Below are positions 38,850 to 48,814 of a stretch of DNA of 64,000 bases, in pieces. Where the stretch lies: assembly GCA_965249135.1 (NCBI GenBank), contig OZ252220.1, positions 736,001 to 800,000 on the forward strand, given 5' to 3'. A program made the position numbers and the translations under genes. The number at the start of each line of letters is the position of its first letter. The stretch's first letter is position 1. The stretch is from Alphaproteobacteria bacterium (lineage in GTDB: Bacteria; Pseudomonadota; Alphaproteobacteria; GCA-2746255). The notes under the pieces are model-generated. The model worked only from the letters and a program-made list of their open reading frames with translations, was not told the DNA's origin and ran no database searches.

Positions 38850-39593
38850 CTATATCATGGCCATCCCGCCATTGATGTGCAAGGTCTGCCCGGTGATGTA
38901 GCCGGCCTCATCGCTGGCCAGAAATACGACGCCGCCGGCGACATCTTCCGGACTTCCAAGGCGGCCGTTCGGGATCTGCCCAAGCAGTTGTTCCTTCTGC
39001 GCTTCCGAAAGCGCGTCCGTCATGGCGGTCACGATAAAGCCCGGGGCTACGCAATTGACCGTGATGCCGCGCGAGGCAACCTCCGCCGCCAGCGACTTCG
39101 ACATGCCGATCATGCCGGCCTTCGAAGCGGCATAGTTTGCCTGGCCGGGATTGCCGGTGACGCCAACGATTGAGGTGATGTTGACGATTCGCCCATAGCG
39201 CTCCTTCATCATCCCCCTAAGGCAGGCCCGGCTGAGTCGGAAGGCCGCCGTCAGATTCACATCGAGCACCTTTTGCCAATCCTCGTCCTTCATGCGTATG
39301 ACAAGGCTGTCTCGCGCAAACCCCGCATTGTTGACGAGGATATCGATCCGGCCCAGCCGCTCCATGGCCGCCTTCGCAAGGATGTCCGGCCCATCCGGAT
39401 CCGCGAGCTCGGCTGTGATGGCATAAGCGCCATCGCCAAGCTCCTCGGCAAGCGTTTCCAACGCCTCGGCCCGCGTCCCCGAAAGGGCAACGGCGGCACC
39501 CGCGCGGGCCAGCGCCCGGGCAACGGCGCCGCCGATCCCACCCGAAGCCCCCGTCACGAGTGCGTTTTTTCCGGTGAGATCGAACATCGCCAT
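38850..39593 (-). CDS. fabG: 3-oxoacyl-ACP reductase
   Basis: TGASGGIG, NNAG and GQANYAASK motifs. Confidence 0.97.
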   Translation of the reverse strand: MAMFDLTGKNALVTGASGGIGGAVARALARAGAAVALSGTRAEALETLAEELGDGAYAITAELADPDGPDILAKAAMERLGRIDILVNNAGFARDSLVIRMKDEDWQKVLDVNLTAAFRLSRACLRGMMKERYGRIVNITSIVGVTGNPGQANYAASKAGMIGMSKSLAAEVASRGITVNCVAPGFIVTAMTDALSEAQKEQLLGQIPNGRLGSPEDVAGGVVFLASDEAGYITGQTLHINGGMAMI

Positions 39594-39598
39594 CTCCT

Positions 39599-40549
39599 TT
39601 AACTTAAACTCGCCAAAAAGGCTTCGACATCCGCCGGCGTACCGACCGTCACGGCTGTAAGCTCGCGATCGATCCGCCGGGCAAGGCCACTGAGTATTTT
39701 ACCGGCTCCGACCTCGACCAGGCCGGTGACGCTGAGCGCCTTCATGCCAAGAACGGATTCCCGCCAGCGAACCATGCCCGTCACCTGATCCACCAGCAGG
39801 CCGCGGATCGTTTCCGGATCGCTCACGGCCTTCGCCGTTACGTTCGCAATCAACGGCACGACCGGCGGCGCAATGGAAATGTCGGCGAGCGCTTCTCGCA
39901 TCCGATCGGCGGCGGGCTGCATCAACGGACAATGAAACGGCGCGCTCACCGGAAGACGCACGCTTTTCTTCGCGCCGCGCTCGGTAGCAAGCACGATGGC
40001 GCATTCGATCGCATCCTTGCTGCCGCTGACGACGGCCTGACCGGGCGCGTTGTCGTTTGCCGCCGCACACACGCCGCCGGTTTGCCTGGCCGCTTCTTCC
40101 GCGATCCCGGTTGCCGCCTCGAGATCGAGGCCAAGCAGGGCGGCCATCGCCCCTTCGCCGACGGGAACGGCCTTCTGCATCGCTTCGCCACGCGTCTTCA
40201 AGAGACGCGCCGTCACCCCAAGCTCGAGCGCGCCGGCCGCCGCCAACGCGGAGTATTCCCCTAGCGAGTGCCCGGCCACGCAGACCGCCGTCTCACCGAG
40301 GACGATCCCTCCCTCTTTTTCCAGCGTGCTCATGGCGGCAAGGCTCACCGCCATCAGCGCCGGCTGCGCGTTTTCGGTCAAGGTGAGCTCGGCTTCCGGG
40401 CCTTCGAACATGAGCCGGCTTAAATTCTGGCCAAGGGCGTCGTCCACCGCTTCAAACACTTCACGCGCAGAGGCAAAGGCATCCGCCAGCTCCTTTCCCA
40501 TTCCGACGGCCTGAGACCCCTGACCCGGAAAGACAAACGCCCTTGCCAC
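39599..40549 (-). CDS. fabD: Malonyl-CoA:ACP transacylase
   Basis: FPGQGSQ, GHSLGEY and SAPFH motifs; GTG start at 40549 (or 40555). Confidence 0.97.
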   Translation of the reverse strand: MARAFVFPGQGSQAVGMGKELADAFASAREVFEAVDDALGQNLSRLMFEGPEAELTLTENAQPALMAVSLAAMSTLEKEGGIVLGETAVCVAGHSLGEYSALAAAGALELGVTARLLKTRGEAMQKAVPVGEGAMAALLGLDLEAATGIAEEAARQTGGVCAAANDNAPGQAVVSGSKDAIECAIVLATERGAKKSVRLPVSAPFHCPLMQPAADRMREALADISIAPPVVPLIANVTAKAVSDPETIRGLLVDQVTGMVRWRESVLGMKALSVTGLVEVGAGKILSGLARRIDRELTAVTVGTPADVEAFLASLS

Positions 40550-40554
40550 CTTCA

Positions 40555-40598
40555 CCAAACTCCTTTTCGGCAAACGCCAAACTCCTTTTCGGCAAACG
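40555..40598. repeat. Perfect 22-bp tandem duplication covering the fabD RBS
   Basis: CCAAACTCCTTTTCGGCAAACG twice (40555-76, 40577-98); reads AAGGAG on the minus strand. Confidence 0.97.
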
Positions 40599-40786
40599 AA
40601 CGGCCAGTGATAGCGCCTCTCCCTGCCCTGTCAAGCGACCTTGCGGACCTAGGCGGTTCGTGTATAGTGCGGCGCATTCTTACTCCTTGCCGGTGGTAAT
40701 GTCGGCTAGGTTCGGGCGGCTAGCTAAGGTTTGATCAGGGCATGGCGCCGGACCGTGAATAGCCAGAAGGGGTTCTTAAGCGTCCC

Positions 40787-41272
40787 ATGCCTCTCTATGA
40801 GCACGTCTTCATTGCGCGCCAGGACATCTCCTCGGCGCAGGTCGATAGCCTGACAAGCACATTTTTCGCCCTCGTGAAGGAACAGGGCGGCAAGGTCGAG
40901 AAGACGGAATATTGGGGCCTTCGAACACTTGCCTATCGGATCAAGAAGAACCGCAAGGGCCATTACGTTCTTTTTAATCTGGACGCACCGCCGAATGCCC
41001 TTCAGGAGCTTGAGCGAAACGAGCGCCTGAACGAGGACATCCTCCATTACATGACGATCCGCGTCGAGGAACTGGAGGAAGCGCCGTCCGTGCTGATGCG
41101 GGCCCGCGCCAACCGGGACGAGCCTCCAAAAGAGCGCGGACGTTACGATCGCGGCGTAAAGCCGCAAGTAGCCCCCACGGATCAAGCACCGGAAGCGGGC
41201 AAAGCCGCGCCGGACACGCCGGAATTAAAGGAAGAGGCCCCCGGAGAGAAGAAAGAAGAGAAGGAAGCATAG
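40787..41272 (+). CDS. rpsF: 30S ribosomal protein S6
   Basis: [27 protein letters not shown]. Confidence 0.98.
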   Translation: MPLYEHVFIARQDISSAQVDSLTSTFFALVKEQGGKVEKTEYWGLRTLAYRIKKNRKGHYVLFNLDAPPNALQELERNERLNEDILHYMTIRVEELEEAPSVLMRARANRDEPPKERGRYDRGVKPQVAPTDQAPEAGKAAPDTPELKEEAPGEKKEEKEA

Positions 41273-41275
41273 AAG

Positions 41276-41527
41276 ATGGCGCCCCCACCGAATTCCGGAG
41301 AAACACGTCGGCCATTCTTTCGCCGCAGGAAGAGCTGTCCGTTTTCCGGGCCGGATGCCCTGAAGATCGACTACAAGGACACGCGGCTCTTGCAGCGCTT
41401 CATCTCCGAACGCGGGAAGATTGTGCCAAGCCGGATCACCAGCGTCTCCACGAAGAAACAGCGCGAGCTCGCCCGGGCGATCAAACGCGCGCGCAACATC
41501 GCGCTTCTGCCGTTCCTGATCAAATAG
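41276..41527 (+). CDS. rpsR: 30S ribosomal protein S18
   Basis: [23 protein letters not shown]. Confidence 0.98.
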   Translation: MAPPPNSGETRRPFFRRRKSCPFSGPDALKIDYKDTRLLQRFISERGKIVPSRITSVSTKKQRELARAIKRARNIALLPFLIK

Positions 41528-41553
41528 GGCGCCACCGCCTGCCTTTGAGAACG

Positions 41554-42495
41554 ATGTCGAAACACATCCCCCTTGCCATCGGCGCCGGCATCCTTGCCGC
41601 CCTGTTTTACGTCTCCGTCCTGACGGGCCGGCAAGAGACCCTTTTCCTCAGTTTTTTCACGCACGCCCCACTTTTTCTCGCCGGCCTCGGGATCGGCTAT
41701 CCGGCGATCAAGATCGCGGCCATCGTGGGCGTCGTCTTCTGCCTGTTGATGGGAGGCGTCTATTACGGCGTCGCCTTCCTGTTGCTGAACGCAGCGCCCG
41801 TCGTCTTGTTGGTCCGCCAAGCCTTGCAGAGCCGGACCGACACCGAGGGCAAGGAGGAATGGTATCCCATCGGGCACCTCGTTAGCTGGGTCGCGGCCAC
41901 CGCCGTCGTGATATTTGTCGCCCTCTTCCTTCTGCTCGCCAGAGACGAGCAGGGCGTTGAAGCGACCATCCGCGACTTTCTTTCGGAAATCCTGACCGTC
42001 TTCCTCGGCAACACGGGCACCGAAACGACGACGGTCGTGGAAGCGATCACGTCCTTCTTCCCGGCCCTCGTGATTGGGTGGTGGTTCTTCATGGTCATCG
42101 TAAACGGGGCGCTGGCCCAAGGCCTTATGGCGCGGTTCAATCGGAACGTTCGGCCATCGCCGGATTTCTCGAAGATGGAACTCCCGGACTGGATGACCTA
42201 TGCGATTGCGCTCACCGCCCTCATGCTCTTCGTGGGCGGGCCGGGAACGCTGGAATTCTTCAGCCGCAACCTCGTTCTTATCCTTTGCATCCCGTTCTTC
42301 CTGCTGGGGCTTGCGGTCATTCACGCGCTTGCAAAAACATCCGCCCAGCCACGTTGGGTGCTGATCCCGTTCTATACGTTGCTTATACTGTTCGGTGGTT
42401 TCGCCGCGATGGCGGTGATCGGGTTCGGATTCGCCGAACAGGTCATCGGCATCCGCCGCCGTCTGCCAAGCTCGGCCAACCGTCTGGAGAAATAG
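41554..42495 (+). CDS. DUF2232/YybS-like polytopic membrane protein
   Basis: Many TM segments, WYPIG and GLAVIH motifs; lies between rpsR and rplI. Confidence 0.8.
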   Translation: MSKHIPLAIGAGILAALFYVSVLTGRQETLFLSFFTHAPLFLAGLGIGYPAIKIAAIVGVVFCLLMGGVYYGVAFLLLNAAPVVLLVRQALQSRTDTEGKEEWYPIGHLVSWVAATAVVIFVALFLLLARDEQGVEATIRDFLSEILTVFLGNTGTETTTVVEAITSFFPALVIGWWFFMVIVNGALAQGLMARFNRNVRPSPDFSKMELPDWMTYAIALTALMLFVGGPGTLEFFSRNLVLILCIPFFLLGLAVIHALAKTSAQPRWVLIPFYTLLILFGGFAAMAVIGFGFAEQVIGIRRRLPSSANRLEK

Positions 42496-42497
42496 CC

Positions 42498-43136
42498 ATG
42501 CAAGTGATCCTGTTGGAGCGGATCGAGAAACTCGGGCAAATGGGCGACGTGGTGGAGGTGAAGCCTGGCTATGCCAGGAATTTCCTTCTGCCGCAAAAAA
42601 AGGCGCTGCGCGCGACGAAGGAAAACCTTGTCCAATTCGAATCCCAGAAGAAACGGCTTGAGGCGGAAAACCTCGAACAGCGGGAAGAGGCCGAGGCCGT
42701 CGCCAAGAAGATGGACGGGCTTGGCGTCGTCTTGCTTCGCCAGGCAAGCGAATCCGAACAACTCTATGGTTCGGTGAACGCGCGCGACATCCTCGCGGCC
42801 ATCGCGGAAGCCGACTTCACCCTCGATCGAAAGCAGGTATTGCTCGACCACCCGCTCAAGACGCTTGGCGTTCACACGGCCCGCATTGCTCTGCATCCGG
42901 AAGTGATCGTGGAGGTCGCGGTGAACGTTTCCAGATCGGCAGAGGAAGCCAAGCTTCGAACGGCGGGCAAGAAAACGGAACCGGGCCCGGCCGAGAAGGA
43001 GGAAACCCCGGCCCAGAAGGCCGAGGAGGTCTTCGAGGAAAGCGTCCTGGAAGAATTGTCCGCCGAAGCCGAAACGGCGGAAGCCGGGACCATCCCCGCC
43101 GAGGGCGCGGACGAGGAAAAACCGCAAGAATCCTGA
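42498..43136 (+). CDS. rplI: 50S ribosomal protein L9 with acidic tail
   Basis: [31 protein letters not shown]. Confidence 0.98.
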   Translation: MQVILLERIEKLGQMGDVVEVKPGYARNFLLPQKKALRATKENLVQFESQKKRLEAENLEQREEAEAVAKKMDGLGVVLLRQASESEQLYGSVNARDILAAIAEADFTLDRKQVLLDHPLKTLGVHTARIALHPEVIVEVAVNVSRSAEEAKLRTAGKKTEPGPAEKEETPAQKAEEVFEESVLEELSAEAETAEAGTIPAEGADEEKPQES

Positions 43137-43305
43137 CCTTATCCATCCCTTTCACGGCCGGGTACGCCGGCCGCCTCCACAATATCCTTTACAAAATAGG
43201 GGCTTTTTTCCCCAGAATATTCGGGTATTCCCTTGCCTTCGAAACCGGGGCGCACGAGATAACCAGGGAAGCAATCGGCAGGAACGGTCAGGGCGGGACT
43301 TCACC

Positions 43306-44533
43306 ATGCCGCTTCGTTTTCTACTGCACCCGTTGATCCGGGTGGGCGCGCTACGGGTCATCGGCGTCACCGGCAAAGTCCAGGAATTCCGCGGAACCCC
43401 GGGTCCGGAAGTGACGATCCGGCTGCACGACCACGCCACCGCATACAAGACCTTCCTGAACCCCGGCCTTTACACGGGCGAAGCCTATATGGACGGGACG
43501 CTCACGATCGAAGACGGAACGATCCGGGATCTGATCGACCTCTACGCGCTTAACCTCGAACGCGTGTCGCCGCGCCTTCTCGATCGGCTCTATCAATCGC
43601 TCCGCCAGGCGTCCCGGACTTTCCAGCAATACAACCCCGTTTCTCATGCGCGCCGGCACGCTGCCCATCACTACGATCTTTCGGGCGCGCTCTACGATCT
43701 CTTCCTGGATGAGGACCGGCAATATTCCTGCGCCTATTTTACCAGCCAAGACGAGAGCCTGGATCACGCCCAGGAGAATAAGAAGCATCATCTCGCCGCG
43801 AAATTGCTGATCGAGCCGGGCATGAAGGTGTTGGACATCGGTTCCGGTTGGGGGGGGCCTGGGGCTTTACCTCGCCGAAACCTGCGGCGCCGACGTAACC
43901 GGGATCACGCTCTCGAAGGAGCAGTATCGGGTTTCGAACGACCGGGCGAAGAAGGCGGGCCTCGAAGACCGGGTGCGTTTTCGCCTCCGCGATTACCGGG
44001 AAGAAGAAGGTGCCTATGATCGCATCGTTTCCGTCGGCATGTTCGAACATGTCGGCGCGCGCTATTACCGCGATTTCTTCGGCAAGGTTGAGCGTTTGCT
44101 GACCGAGGACGGGCTGGCGTTGCTCCATTCCATCGGCCGCAAGGAGCCACCGAGCGCTACAAACCCTTGGATTCGCAAATACATCTTCCCGGGCGGTTAC
44201 ACCCCGGCGCTTTCCGAAGTCATCGCCGAGGTCGAGAAGACCGGACTTTGGATCACGGACATTGAAATCCTTCGCCTGCACTACGCCGAAACCCTCAAAC
44301 GCTGGTACGAGCGCTTTCAGGCGAACCGGGAACGCGCCGCCGCCATCTATGACGAACGCTTCTGCCGGATGTGGGAATTCTACCTGGCCGGCTCGGAAGC
44401 CGCCCTTCGCCATCAGGGTCACATGGTCTTCCAGATGCAGCTCGCCCGCCGTCAGGAGAGCGTGCCCCTTACCCGCGACTACATGACGGATTGGGAGCAC
44501 ACCCAACTCAGGTCCCGCAAGACGGCCGCGTGA
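43306..44533 (+). pseudogene. cfa: Cyclopropane fatty-acid synthase family methyltransferase, frameshifted at a G8 tract
   Basis: HHYDLS, QYSCAY and LDIGSGWGG in the first frame; GITLS, SVGMFEHVG, YIFPGG and WEFYL in the second; deleting one G at 43850-57 joins them. Confidence 0.9.
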
Positions 44534-44637
44534 CCGAAATTACCCCCGAAGTTCACAGGCACTTACGCTTCTGTTCCACAGGCCGGGCCTAATATTTCAT
44601 ATATCTGTGTGCACGCCCTCTTTGCTATGGTGGGCGA

Positions 44638-46134
44638 ATGGAGGCCTCCGGTTCCGATTCGAAAGTCACCCCCTTAAGGGACAAGAACGAGCTAGGCAGG
44701 CTTCGCACCCCGCCGCGCAATTTCGAGGTTGAACAGGCCCTGCTCGGTGCCGTGCTCATGGAGAACCAGGCCTATTTGAAGGTCTCCGATTTTCTTCTCG
44801 TCGAACATTTCGCCAATCCCGTGCACGGTCGCATCTATGCCGCCACCGCCCATCTGATCGAGCGCGGCCAGTTGGCCGATCCGATGACGCTGAAGGCCTA
44901 TTTCGAGCAGGACGACGCGCTTGACGACATCGGCGGCACCGCCTACCTCGCGAGCCTCGCCGCCGCCGCCGTCACCACCTTCAATGCCAAGGACTACGGC
45001 CGGACGATCCATGATCTCTACCTCCGGCGCCAGTTGATCACCTTGGGCGAGGACATGGCCGAGGAGGCCCATCGCCCGGAAATCGAGGTCACCGCCGTCG
45101 ACCAGATCGAACAGGTCGAGCAACAGCTCTACGACCTGGCGACGACCGGACAGGTCGAAGGCGGCTTCGTGGCCTTCAAGGGGCCGCTAACCGAGGCCGT
45201 CAACGCCGCCGAGGCCGCCTTTAAACGCGAAGGCAAGCTCACCGGGGTCGCCACCGGCTTTCTCGACCTCGACAAACTGCTTGGCGGCTTGCACGCCTCC
45301 GACCTGATCGTGCTGGCCGGCCGTCCCTCGATGGGCAAGACGGCGCTAGCGACGAATATCGGCTTCCATGCCGCCAAGGCGCGCGCCAAGGACGCCCGCG
45401 AATTGCCGCTGGACGGTGCCGTCGTCGGTTTTTTCTCCCTCGAAATGTCGTCCGAACAACTGGCCACCCGGATCCTCGCGGAAGAGGCCCAGGTGCCTTC
45501 CGAAAAGATACGGCGCGGCGAGCTTAGCCACACGGATTTCGAGAAGGTGGCCCTGGCCGCTCAGGATCTGGCCAGCGTTCCCTTCTACATCGATGACACG
45601 CCGGCGCTGACCATCGGCGCCCTTCGCACCCGCTCAAGGCGCCTGAAACGCCAGCATGGACTCTCGCTGATCATCGTGGACTACCTTCAGCTTCTCAGCC
45701 CTTCGCACTCGCGCTACGACAACCGGGTGATGGAAATTTCGGAAATCACCCGCGGATTGAAGACGCTCGCCAAGGAACTGAGCGTGCCGGTGCTGGCTCT
45801 TTCCCAACTCTCGCGCGCCGTCGAGCAACGCGAGGACAAGCGGCCGCTATTGTCGGACCTTCGCGAATCAGGCGCCATCGAACAGGACGCGGACGTCGTC
45901 GCCTTCATTTACCGCGAGGAATATTACCTTGAGCGCCAACAGCCGCCGGAATCGATGAAGGACAAGCACGACGAGTGGCTGGAAAAAATGGATGCGGTCC
46001 ACAACGTCGCGGAGATCCTGGTCGCCAAGCAACGCCACGGCCCGACGGGTAAGCTTCGATTACAATTTGAGGGACGCTTCACGAAGTTCGCGAATCTGGA
46101 TTCGGGCGAACGGCCTTCGGATGTCCCCTTCTGA
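44638..46134 (+). CDS. dnaB: Replicative DNA helicase
   Basis: AGRPSMGKT, FFSLEMS, VDYLQL, LSQLSR, DLRESGAIEQDAD and KQRHG motifs; no intein. Confidence 0.98.
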   Translation: MEASGSDSKVTPLRDKNELGRLRTPPRNFEVEQALLGAVLMENQAYLKVSDFLLVEHFANPVHGRIYAATAHLIERGQLADPMTLKAYFEQDDALDDIGGTAYLASLAAAAVTTFNAKDYGRTIHDLYLRRQLITLGEDMAEEAHRPEIEVTAVDQIEQVEQQLYDLATTGQVEGGFVAFKGPLTEAVNAAEAAFKREGKLTGVATGFLDLDKLLGGLHASDLIVLAGRPSMGKTALATNIGFHAAKARAKDARELPLDGAVVGFFSLEMSSEQLATRILAEEAQVPSEKIRRGELSHTDFEKVALAAQDLASVPFYIDDTPALTIGALRTRSRRLKRQHGLSLIIVDYLQLLSPSHSRYDNRVMEISEITRGLKTLAKELSVPVLALSQLSRAVEQREDKRPLLSDLRESGAIEQDADVVAFIYREEYYLERQQPPESMKDKHDEWLEKMDAVHNVAEILVAKQRHGPTGKLRLQFEGRFTKFANLDSGERPSDVPF

Positions 46135-47215
46135 TCGCGCCGGCGCGCGCCTCACGATCGACCTCGACGCCATCGCGACAAACTATCGGCTGCTTACCAA
46201 ACGGCTCGGACCGGCCGGACTTCATGCCGTCGTAAAGGCGGACGCCTATGGCTTAGGCGTGGAGGCAATTGCAAACGCGCTTGCCGCGCCTGGCTGCCGG
46301 CATTTCTTCGTCGCCACCCTGGAGGAAGGCGTAAGCCTGCGTGCACACCTTCCCGATGCCGAGATCGGGGTCTTCAACGGCCTCCTCAAAGGCGAGGAGA
46401 CCGCCTATGTCGAACACCGGCTCATCCCCTGCTTGAACGACCTCGGCCAGGTCGAGCGCTTCTCGGCGCTCGGCACACCGGCACTGGCCGGGCTGCAGAT
46501 CGACACCGGCATGGCCCGCCTTGGGCTGTCGGCCAAGGACGTGGAGCGCCTGGTCTTGGAACCGGAACGTCTCTCCGGCATTCGGCTTCACTACGTTTTT
46601 TCGCACCTGGCCTGCGCCGATGCGCCGTCGCATCCGAAAAACGCCGAGCAGCTTGACCTCTTTCAAGCGCTCACCCGACGCCTTCCGGCCACGCGTCGGA
46701 GCCTTGCGAATTCGAGCGGCATTTTTTTGGGGCCGGAATACCACTTCGACTTCGCCCGCGCAGGGGCCGCAATCTATGGCCTAAACCCGCAAACCGATCG
46801 TCCCAATCCAATGACACAAGTCATTGTCCTACAAGGTAGAATCCTACAAGTGCGTGACGTTGACACCCCCCAGACCGTTGGCTATGGTGCGACCTACCGC
46901 GCCAGCGGGGTTGGCCGAATCGCCACGGTAGCCGTGGGTTATGCAGACGGTTATCTGCGTACTCTAGGTAATCGTGGCATCTGTTTCGTCGGTGACCGGC
47001 AGGTGCCAGTCATTGGACGTATTTCGATGGATCTGATCACGATCGACGTCACGGAAATTTCACCGCAGCAAATTACGCCCGGCACCTTCGTGGAACTCAT
47101 CGGCCCGCACCATTCCATCGACGCCCTTGCGAGCGAAGCCGGCACGATCGGTTACGAAATCCTGACCCGTCTCGGGCATCGCATCCATCGCAGCTATATC
47201 GGGAAGAACGCGTAA
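46121..47215 (+). CDS. alr: Alanine racemase
   Basis: AVVKADAYG, DTGMARLG, VGYG, GYADG and GRISMD motifs. Confidence 0.97.
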   Translation: MSPSDRAGARLTIDLDAIATNYRLLTKRLGPAGLHAVVKADAYGLGVEAIANALAAPGCRHFFVATLEEGVSLRAHLPDAEIGVFNGLLKGEETAYVEHRLIPCLNDLGQVERFSALGTPALAGLQIDTGMARLGLSAKDVERLVLEPERLSGIRLHYVFSHLACADAPSHPKNAEQLDLFQALTRRLPATRRSLANSSGIFLGPEYHFDFARAGAAIYGLNPQTDRPNPMTQVIVLQGRILQVRDVDTPQTVGYGATYRASGVGRIATVAVGYADGYLRTLGNRGICFVGDRQVPVIGRISMDLITIDVTEISPQQITPGTFVELIGPHHSIDALASEAGTIGYEILTRLGHRIHRSYIGKNA

Positions 47216-47219
47216 GCCC

Positions 47220-47999
47220 ATGGCAATATTCGACGCCCTCGCGCTGCTTGGACGCACCTTCTTAGGTTTCCTGGAGGCGACCGGACGGCTCGCCGTTTTC
47301 GTAGGAAAAGCCTTCTCGCGTGCCTTGCAGCCACCCTTCTATTTCCGCGCCATCGGCCAGCAGATGATCGACATCGGCTACTACTCGCTACCGATCGTCG
47401 GCCTCACCGCCATCTTCGCCGGCATGGTGCTGGCGCTCCAAAGCAACATCGGCCTCGCTCGCTTCGAGGCGGAATCCCAGATCCCTGAGATCATCGCCTT
47501 CTCGATTACCCGGGAATTGGGTCCCGTGCTGGCCGGCCTCATGGTGGCCGGGCGGATCGGGGCGTCGATGGCGGCCGAGATCGGAACGATGCGGGTCACC
47601 GAACAGATCGACGCGCTGGTGACGCTGGCGACGGACCCGTTCAAATACCTGGTCTTCCCCCGCCTGCTGGCCGGCATCGTGACGTTGCCCTTGCTCGTCC
47701 TGGTCGCCGATATCATCGGCATCTTCGGCGGCTTCGTCATCAGCGTTCAAACCTTTGGCTTCAATCCGGCCAACTTCATCTCGAAGGTGTGGGATTACCT
47801 GGTCGTGGACGACGTCATCGACGGCATGGTGAAGTCCTCCGTCTTCGGCTTCATCGTGACATTGATGGGTTGCTACCAGGGGTTCTATTCGCGGGGTGGC
47901 GCCGAAGGGGTCGGCCGGGCGACGACGAACGCGGTCGTTGCCGCCTCCATCCTGATCCTGGTTTCCGATTACTTCCTGTCCGCGCTGATGTTCAATTGA
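47220..47999 (+). CDS. mlaE: MlaE-family ABC permease
   Basis: RELGPVL, AEIGTMRVTEQIDAL, GVGRATT. Confidence 0.93.
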   Translation: MAIFDALALLGRTFLGFLEATGRLAVFVGKAFSRALQPPFYFRAIGQQMIDIGYYSLPIVGLTAIFAGMVLALQSNIGLARFEAESQIPEIIAFSITRELGPVLAGLMVAGRIGASMAAEIGTMRVTEQIDALVTLATDPFKYLVFPRLLAGIVTLPLLVLVADIIGIFGGFVISVQTFGFNPANFISKVWDYLVVDDVIDGMVKSSVFGFIVTLMGCYQGFYSRGGAEGVGRATTNAVVAASILILVSDYFLSALMFN

Positions 48000-48778
48000 T
48001 GACAAACGATCAGCCAAAAATCCGGATTCGCAACCTTCACATGGCCTTCGGCTCGAACCGGGTCTTGAGCGGATTGGACCTCGATATCGGGGTCGGCGAA
48101 TCGATCGTCGTGTTCGGCGGCTCCGGCATCGGGAAGTCCGTGCTTGTCAAATGCATCCTCGGTCTTTTGACGCCGGAGCAAGGCAGCATCCAGGTCGACG
48201 GCGTCGAGGTCGTCGGCATGAAGGAAAGCGAACGCGAGGTCATGCTCCGGCAATTCGGCATGCTGTTCCAGGGCGGCGCCCTTTTCGACAGCCTCCGGGT
48301 CTGGGAGAATGTCGCCTTCGGCCTGATCCAGGCCCATGGCATGGCGCGCAAGGAGGCGAAGAAGGTGGCGCTCGAGAAACTCGCCTCCGTCGGGCTCGAC
48401 GAACGGGTAGCGGAACTTGCCCCGGCCGAACTTTCCGGCGGCATGAAGAAACGGGTGGGCCTGGCGCGCGCCATTGCTACCTCTCCAAAAATCATCATCT
48501 TCGACGAACCGACGACCGGGCTCGACCCGATCATGGGCAGCATCATCGACCGCCTCATCGTCCATAGCGTGAAGGAACTTCAGGTGACGGCGCTTTCCAT
48601 CACCCACGACATGGCGAGCGCCCGGCGAATCGCCGACCGGATGGCGATGCTGTACGAAGGCAAGATCATATGGGACGGCCCCGTCGCCGACATCGACACG
48701 GTGGACAACCCTTACGTCGACCAGTTCATCCATGGAAAGGCCGAAGGTCCCATCAAGATGCAGGTTCGGCATCCTTAA
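47999..48778 (+). CDS. mlaF: MlaF-family ABC ATPase
   Basis: GGSGIGKS, LFQGGALFDS, LSGGMKKR, DEPTTGLDP. Confidence 0.92.
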   Translation: MTNDQPKIRIRNLHMAFGSNRVLSGLDLDIGVGESIVVFGGSGIGKSVLVKCILGLLTPEQGSIQVDGVEVVGMKESEREVMLRQFGMLFQGGALFDSLRVWENVAFGLIQAHGMARKEAKKVALEKLASVGLDERVAELAPAELSGGMKKRVGLARAIATSPKIIIFDEPTTGLDPIMGSIIDRLIVHSVKELQVTALSITHDMASARRIADRMAMLYEGKIIWDGPVADIDTVDNPYVDQFIHGKAEGPIKMQVRHP

Positions 48779-48814
48779 GACTTAAATCTCCACCCGCAAC
48801 CGAAGGCGGGAGCA

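Noticed and set aside
47220-48778. mlaEF without mlaD/mlaC as a novel transporter
   Set aside because: Split mla loci are usual in alphaproteobacteria; partner genes are probably elsewhere
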